64,000 nt of DNA from the human T2T-CHM13v2.0 reference genome, Homo sapiens: the NCBI RefSeq assembly GCF_009914755.1, contig NC_060938.1, one strand, 5' to 3'. Positions 56,441 through 64,000 of this stretch are shown piece after piece. Position numbers and translations under genes: made by a program. The notes below the pieces were generated by a model. It was not told the origin of the DNA, did not search any database, and was given only the letters and a program-made list of their open reading frames with translations. Position 1 is the stretch's first letter, and the number at the start of each line of letters is the position of its first letter.

Positions 56441-56930
56441 GTTTTGAGAGGATGGGCAAAATATAGATGAAGGGAAGTATAATCAGAGATGGATCCTGAA
56501 GAATGACACAATCCTGAAAAATACTGTCAGGAGGACTGTGCTGTAATTTGCCAGAAATTCTAAGGAAAATAAAAAAGGTCTTTAAAGTTATTCTTAGGGC
56601 AAGAAGAACTAAGAAAGCATAGATCTACTGCTTAGGGGATGATATACAGTGATACTGAGAGAAGGCACAAATACTCAAACTTTATAGACAGAAGAACTGT
56701 TGTCAATGACAATAATTTCAACTAAGCCTATGGCCAGTTCCTCCTCATATCCTGAGCCCTTTAAGGAGGCGAGGGTGGGGAGTCTGGAAGCAGTAGTGCC
56801 CCAACCCTGGCCTGCCGCACATCCTAGAGATTCCTCTCACCACTTCCCTGTTAGAATCCCTGTTTCCTACATCTCATGCTTGCTTCTTTCTTGGTTTAGC
56901 CCGTTTTTTTTGGTTTGTTTGTTTTTTTGA

Positions 56931-57080
<150 letters not shown>

Positions 57081-57684
57081 TGAATTTTTAATAGCAATGG
57101 GGTTTCACCACGTTGGCCAGGATGGTCTCGATCTCTTGACCTCATGATCCACCTGCCTTGGCCTCCCAAAGTGCTGGGATTATAGGCATGAGCCACCACT
57201 CCTGGCCTAGCCCCTGGTTTTGCAGAAGCACATTTTCCACAAGCACAGAGGATATGTAGGGGATATGGCAAGTACTAGCAAGGATGCTGGTGGGTGTGAC
57301 AGCTGGTGTGGCTGTTCTGGAGAGCCACCTAGCAGTTTCAGTCAAATGAAGAATGTGTGAACGCTCTGTCCCACCAATCCTGTTCCTGAGCACAGACCCA
57401 AGGGAAGTTCTGACAAGGATCCATAGGAGGGCACGTATGAAGATGCTCACTGTAATACTGTTTGTGTCTTTGTGTGTATAAAGGCTTCTGGTTTCTGTAA
57501 TTGTATACCCTATCATTTCACTGAATTCTCTCTTAAATTTTTTTTTTTTTTTAGAATTGGGGCCTTGAAGCCCAGGTGCAATGGCTCACACCTGTAATAC
57601 CAGCACTTTGGGACGCCAAAACACGAGCATTGCTTGAGACCATTTTGAGACCAACCTGGGCAACATGGCGAGGCCATGTCTCTA

Positions 57685-57930
<246 letters not shown>

Positions 57931-58142
57931 TCATACCTCAAGCTAGGACTACAGCCTTGTGCCATGGTGCCTAGCTTTGAATTCTTTTTTTAAAAATTGT
58001 TTTATTAATAGCAGTTTTTTAGTTGATTTTCTTGGGCCTTGTAAATATTGATCCTATCATTAACAAATAGTAAAACTTTTAACTTCTCTTTTCTAATTTT
58101 TACACATCTAACTTATAACTTTTTTTTTTTTTTTTTTTTTGA

Positions 58143-58343
<201 letters not shown>

Positions 58344-58893
58344 TGAACTCCTGACCTCATGATCCACCCACCTCGGCCTCCCAAAGTGCTGGGATTACAG
58401 GTGTGAGCCACTGAGCCCAGCCCCTCATTTGTAACTCTTATCTGATTGCTTTGGCTAATACTTTCAATACACTGTTGAACAGTAGTGGAGATAGTGGTCA
58501 TTCTCTTCCTGACTTTAGCAGGGCTATGTGGATTGCATTTCATTTATTTTAATTTTTATTGGACAGCTGAATTTTTTAACTTTTTAAATTAAGGTATAAT
58601 TTACATAAAGTGCTAAATCCTAAGTGTAATACTTGATACACTTTTACAGCCAACACCCAGCTCAAGATGCAGACTTTCCAGCACCCCAGAGGCTCCCTAT
58701 GTTTCTTCCCTATCAATATCTCCCTCAAAGATAACCAACATTCTGACACCATTGATTAGTTTTGTCCATTTCTGAACTTCATACAGATGGAATTACACAA
58801 TACGTACTCTCATGTCTGGCTATGTCCACTCAGCATTAGGTCTGTGGGATTCATCCATGTTGTATGTAACAGTAGTTCCAAGTTGAATATCCC

Positions 58894-59254
58894 TGATACG
58901 GTTTGGCTGTGTCCTCACCCAAATCTCATCTTGAATTGTAACTCCCACAATTCCTACATGTTGTGGGAGGGAGCTGGTGGGAGGTAACCGAATCATGGAG
59001 GTGGGTCTTTCTTGTGCTATTCTCATGATAGTGAATAAGGCTCACAAGATCTGATGGTTTTAAAAATGGGAGTTTCCCTGCACAAGCTCTCTCTTTGCCT
59101 GCTGCCATACATGTAAGACATGACTTGCTACTCCTTGCCTTCTGCCATGATTGTGAGGCTTCCCCAGCCATGTGGAACTGTAAGACCATTAAACCTATTT
59201 TTCTTCCCAGTCTTGGGTATGTCCTTACCAGCAGCATGAAAATGGACTAATACA
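58894..59254 (+). mobile_element. THE1-type MaLR 5' LTR
   Basis: tgatacggtttggctgtgtcctcacccaaatctcatcttgaattgtaactccc…gcagcatgaaaatggactaataca. Confidence 0.9.
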
Positions 59255-61150
<1,896 letters not shown>

Positions 61151-62248
61151 CATATCCTTTCACAGCTTCTTGAGAAGGGGCACAAAGAGGGTAAATTGAA
61201 ACCCTGCATGTCCCACAATATCTTTATTCTAAACTCATACTTGAGTGATATATTGGTTTAGTTATAAGCTGGAATAAATACTTCCTCAGAATTTTGAAGC
61301 CATTTCTCAATTGTTCTCTTACATTCAATAAATTTTTACTGAGACTCTAGTACATGCCTGGCACTGCCTCTAGGCACTTGGGATCCATCAATGAACAACA
61401 GAGGCAAAGATACATCAAGATAGCATAAAAGAGCTTTTTTTCCTACTTGTGTTATGGTTTTCAGTGGTGGTGTTTACAAGTCAAGCTATTCTGATTACTG
61501 ATCCCTTTTATATGACATTTCTTCTCTCTGGAAGCTTGTAGGATCTTTTCTATTCCAAGTGTTCTAAAATTTCAAAGTGATGTACCTTGGTATAGATCTA
61601 TTTTTATCCATTCTGCTGGACACTTGGTGGGCTCATCCCCTCTGTAAACTCATGTTCTTCAGTTCTGGAAATTTTACTTGAAGATTTTGTGGATAATTTC
61701 CTCCTACAGTGTTTGGAGTTTGGACCTCTTAGATTCTCTAGGTGGTCTTCTATTATATGCTCTCTCTCTCTTTTTGAGACGGAGTCTCACTCTGTTCCCA
61801 GACTGGGGTGCACTGGCACGATCTTGGCTCACTGCAGCCTGTGCCTCCTGGGTTCAAGCAATTCTCCTGCCTCAGCCTCCTGAGCAGCTGGGATTACAGG
61901 TGCCCGCCACCACACCCAGCTAATTTTTGTTGTATTTTTAGTAGAGATGGGGTTTCACCATGTTGACCAGGATGGTCTTGATCTCTTGACCTTATGATCT
62001 GCCTGTCTCAGCCTCCCAAAGTGCTGGGGTTACGGGCGTGAGCCACCGTGCCTGGCTCTCCCTTTTTTTTTGTTTTAAAAGAGACAGGGTCTTGCTCTGT
62101 TGCCTAGCCTGGAGTGCAGTGGTGTGATCATAGTTCACTGTAATCTTGAACTCCTGGGCTCAAGAGATCCTCCCACCTCAGCTTCCTGAGTAGCTGGGAC
62201 TGGAGGCACACACCACCATGTGCAGCTAAGTTTTAAATTTTTTTGTAG

Positions 62249-62509
<261 letters not shown>

Positions 62510-62530
62510 TAATATTAGCACTTGTTGTAA

Positions 62531-62950
<420 letters not shown>

Positions 62951-63007
62951 TAATTAATTTATTTATTTTTGAGACAGAGTCTCACTACGTCACCCAGGCT
63001 GGAGTGA

Positions 63008-63133
<126 letters not shown>

Positions 63134-63247
63134 TAATTTTTGTATTTTTAGTGGAGACGGGATTTCACCATGTTGGCTAGGCTGGAACTCCTGACCTCAA
63201 GTGATCTGCCTGCTTTGGCCTCCCAGAGTGCTGGGATACAAGCGTGA

Positions 63248-63478
<231 letters not shown>

Positions 63479-64000
63479 TGAGACGAGGTTTCACCATGTT
63501 AGCCAGGATGGTCTCGATCTCCTGACCTCGTGATCTGCCCACCTTGGCCTCCCAAAGTGCAGGGATTACAGGCGTGAGCCACTGCACCCCGCCCCCATTT
63601 ATTTTATTTATTTATTTTTTGTTACAGAGTCTCACTCTGTCATGCAGAGTCATGATCTCATGTCTCCCAGGCTCAAGAGTCTCATGCCTCAGTCATCCGA
63701 GTAGCTGGGACTACAGGCGTGCGCTAGCACACTGGGCTAATTTTTATATTTTTAGTAGAGATGGGGTTCACCATGTTGCATAGGCTGGTCTTGAACTCCT
63801 GACCTCAAGTGATCCGCCCACCTCGGCCTCCCAAAGTGCTGAGATTGCTGGGATTACAGGTGTGAGCCACTGCACCTGGCCATGTCATTTATTTTGATCT
63901 CTAAGTCACGTTTAGAGGCTTTTCTCAGATGTATGATAATCCTTGGATGTCTGCTTATGACTAAGAGTAGAGGACTAAAAAGCCATTTGGAAGATCTGAG

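Overview
Primate, almost certainly human, genomic DNA from the DYNC1H1-HSP90AA1 locus (14q32.31 by gene content). It is very Alu-dense, roughly 100 copies or fragments by hand estimate. The window opens with the last coding exon and 3' UTR of DYNC1H1 (+). It contains the complete heat-inducible HSP90AA1 gene (-): 10 coding exons summing to 2199 nt = 732 aa + stop, ending MEEVD, with a TATA box, a 6-unit heat-shock element and a CpG island. At 51465-51675 lies the internal N-terminal-extension exon of the long 854-aa isoform. The rest is Alu, L1, L2, MIR and LTR sequence (MER4-, MER11-, LTR8-, LTR6-, MLT1- and THE1-like) plus a 7SL retrocopy. The most notable unexplained structure is a decayed three-exon protein-coding gene on the - strand between DYNC1H1 and HSP90AA1, with exons at 15629-15648, 3781-4009 and about 2137-2604. 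It has phase-compatible GT-AG junctions, a strong Kozak ATG and an RFX X-box promoter, but carries frameshifts and stops. It is a candidate unitary pseudogene, possibly the ortholog of mouse testis gene 1700001K19Rik. Repeat subfamily names come from memory of consensus sequences and need RepeatMasker confirmation. No CRISPR or prokaryotic-type system is present.
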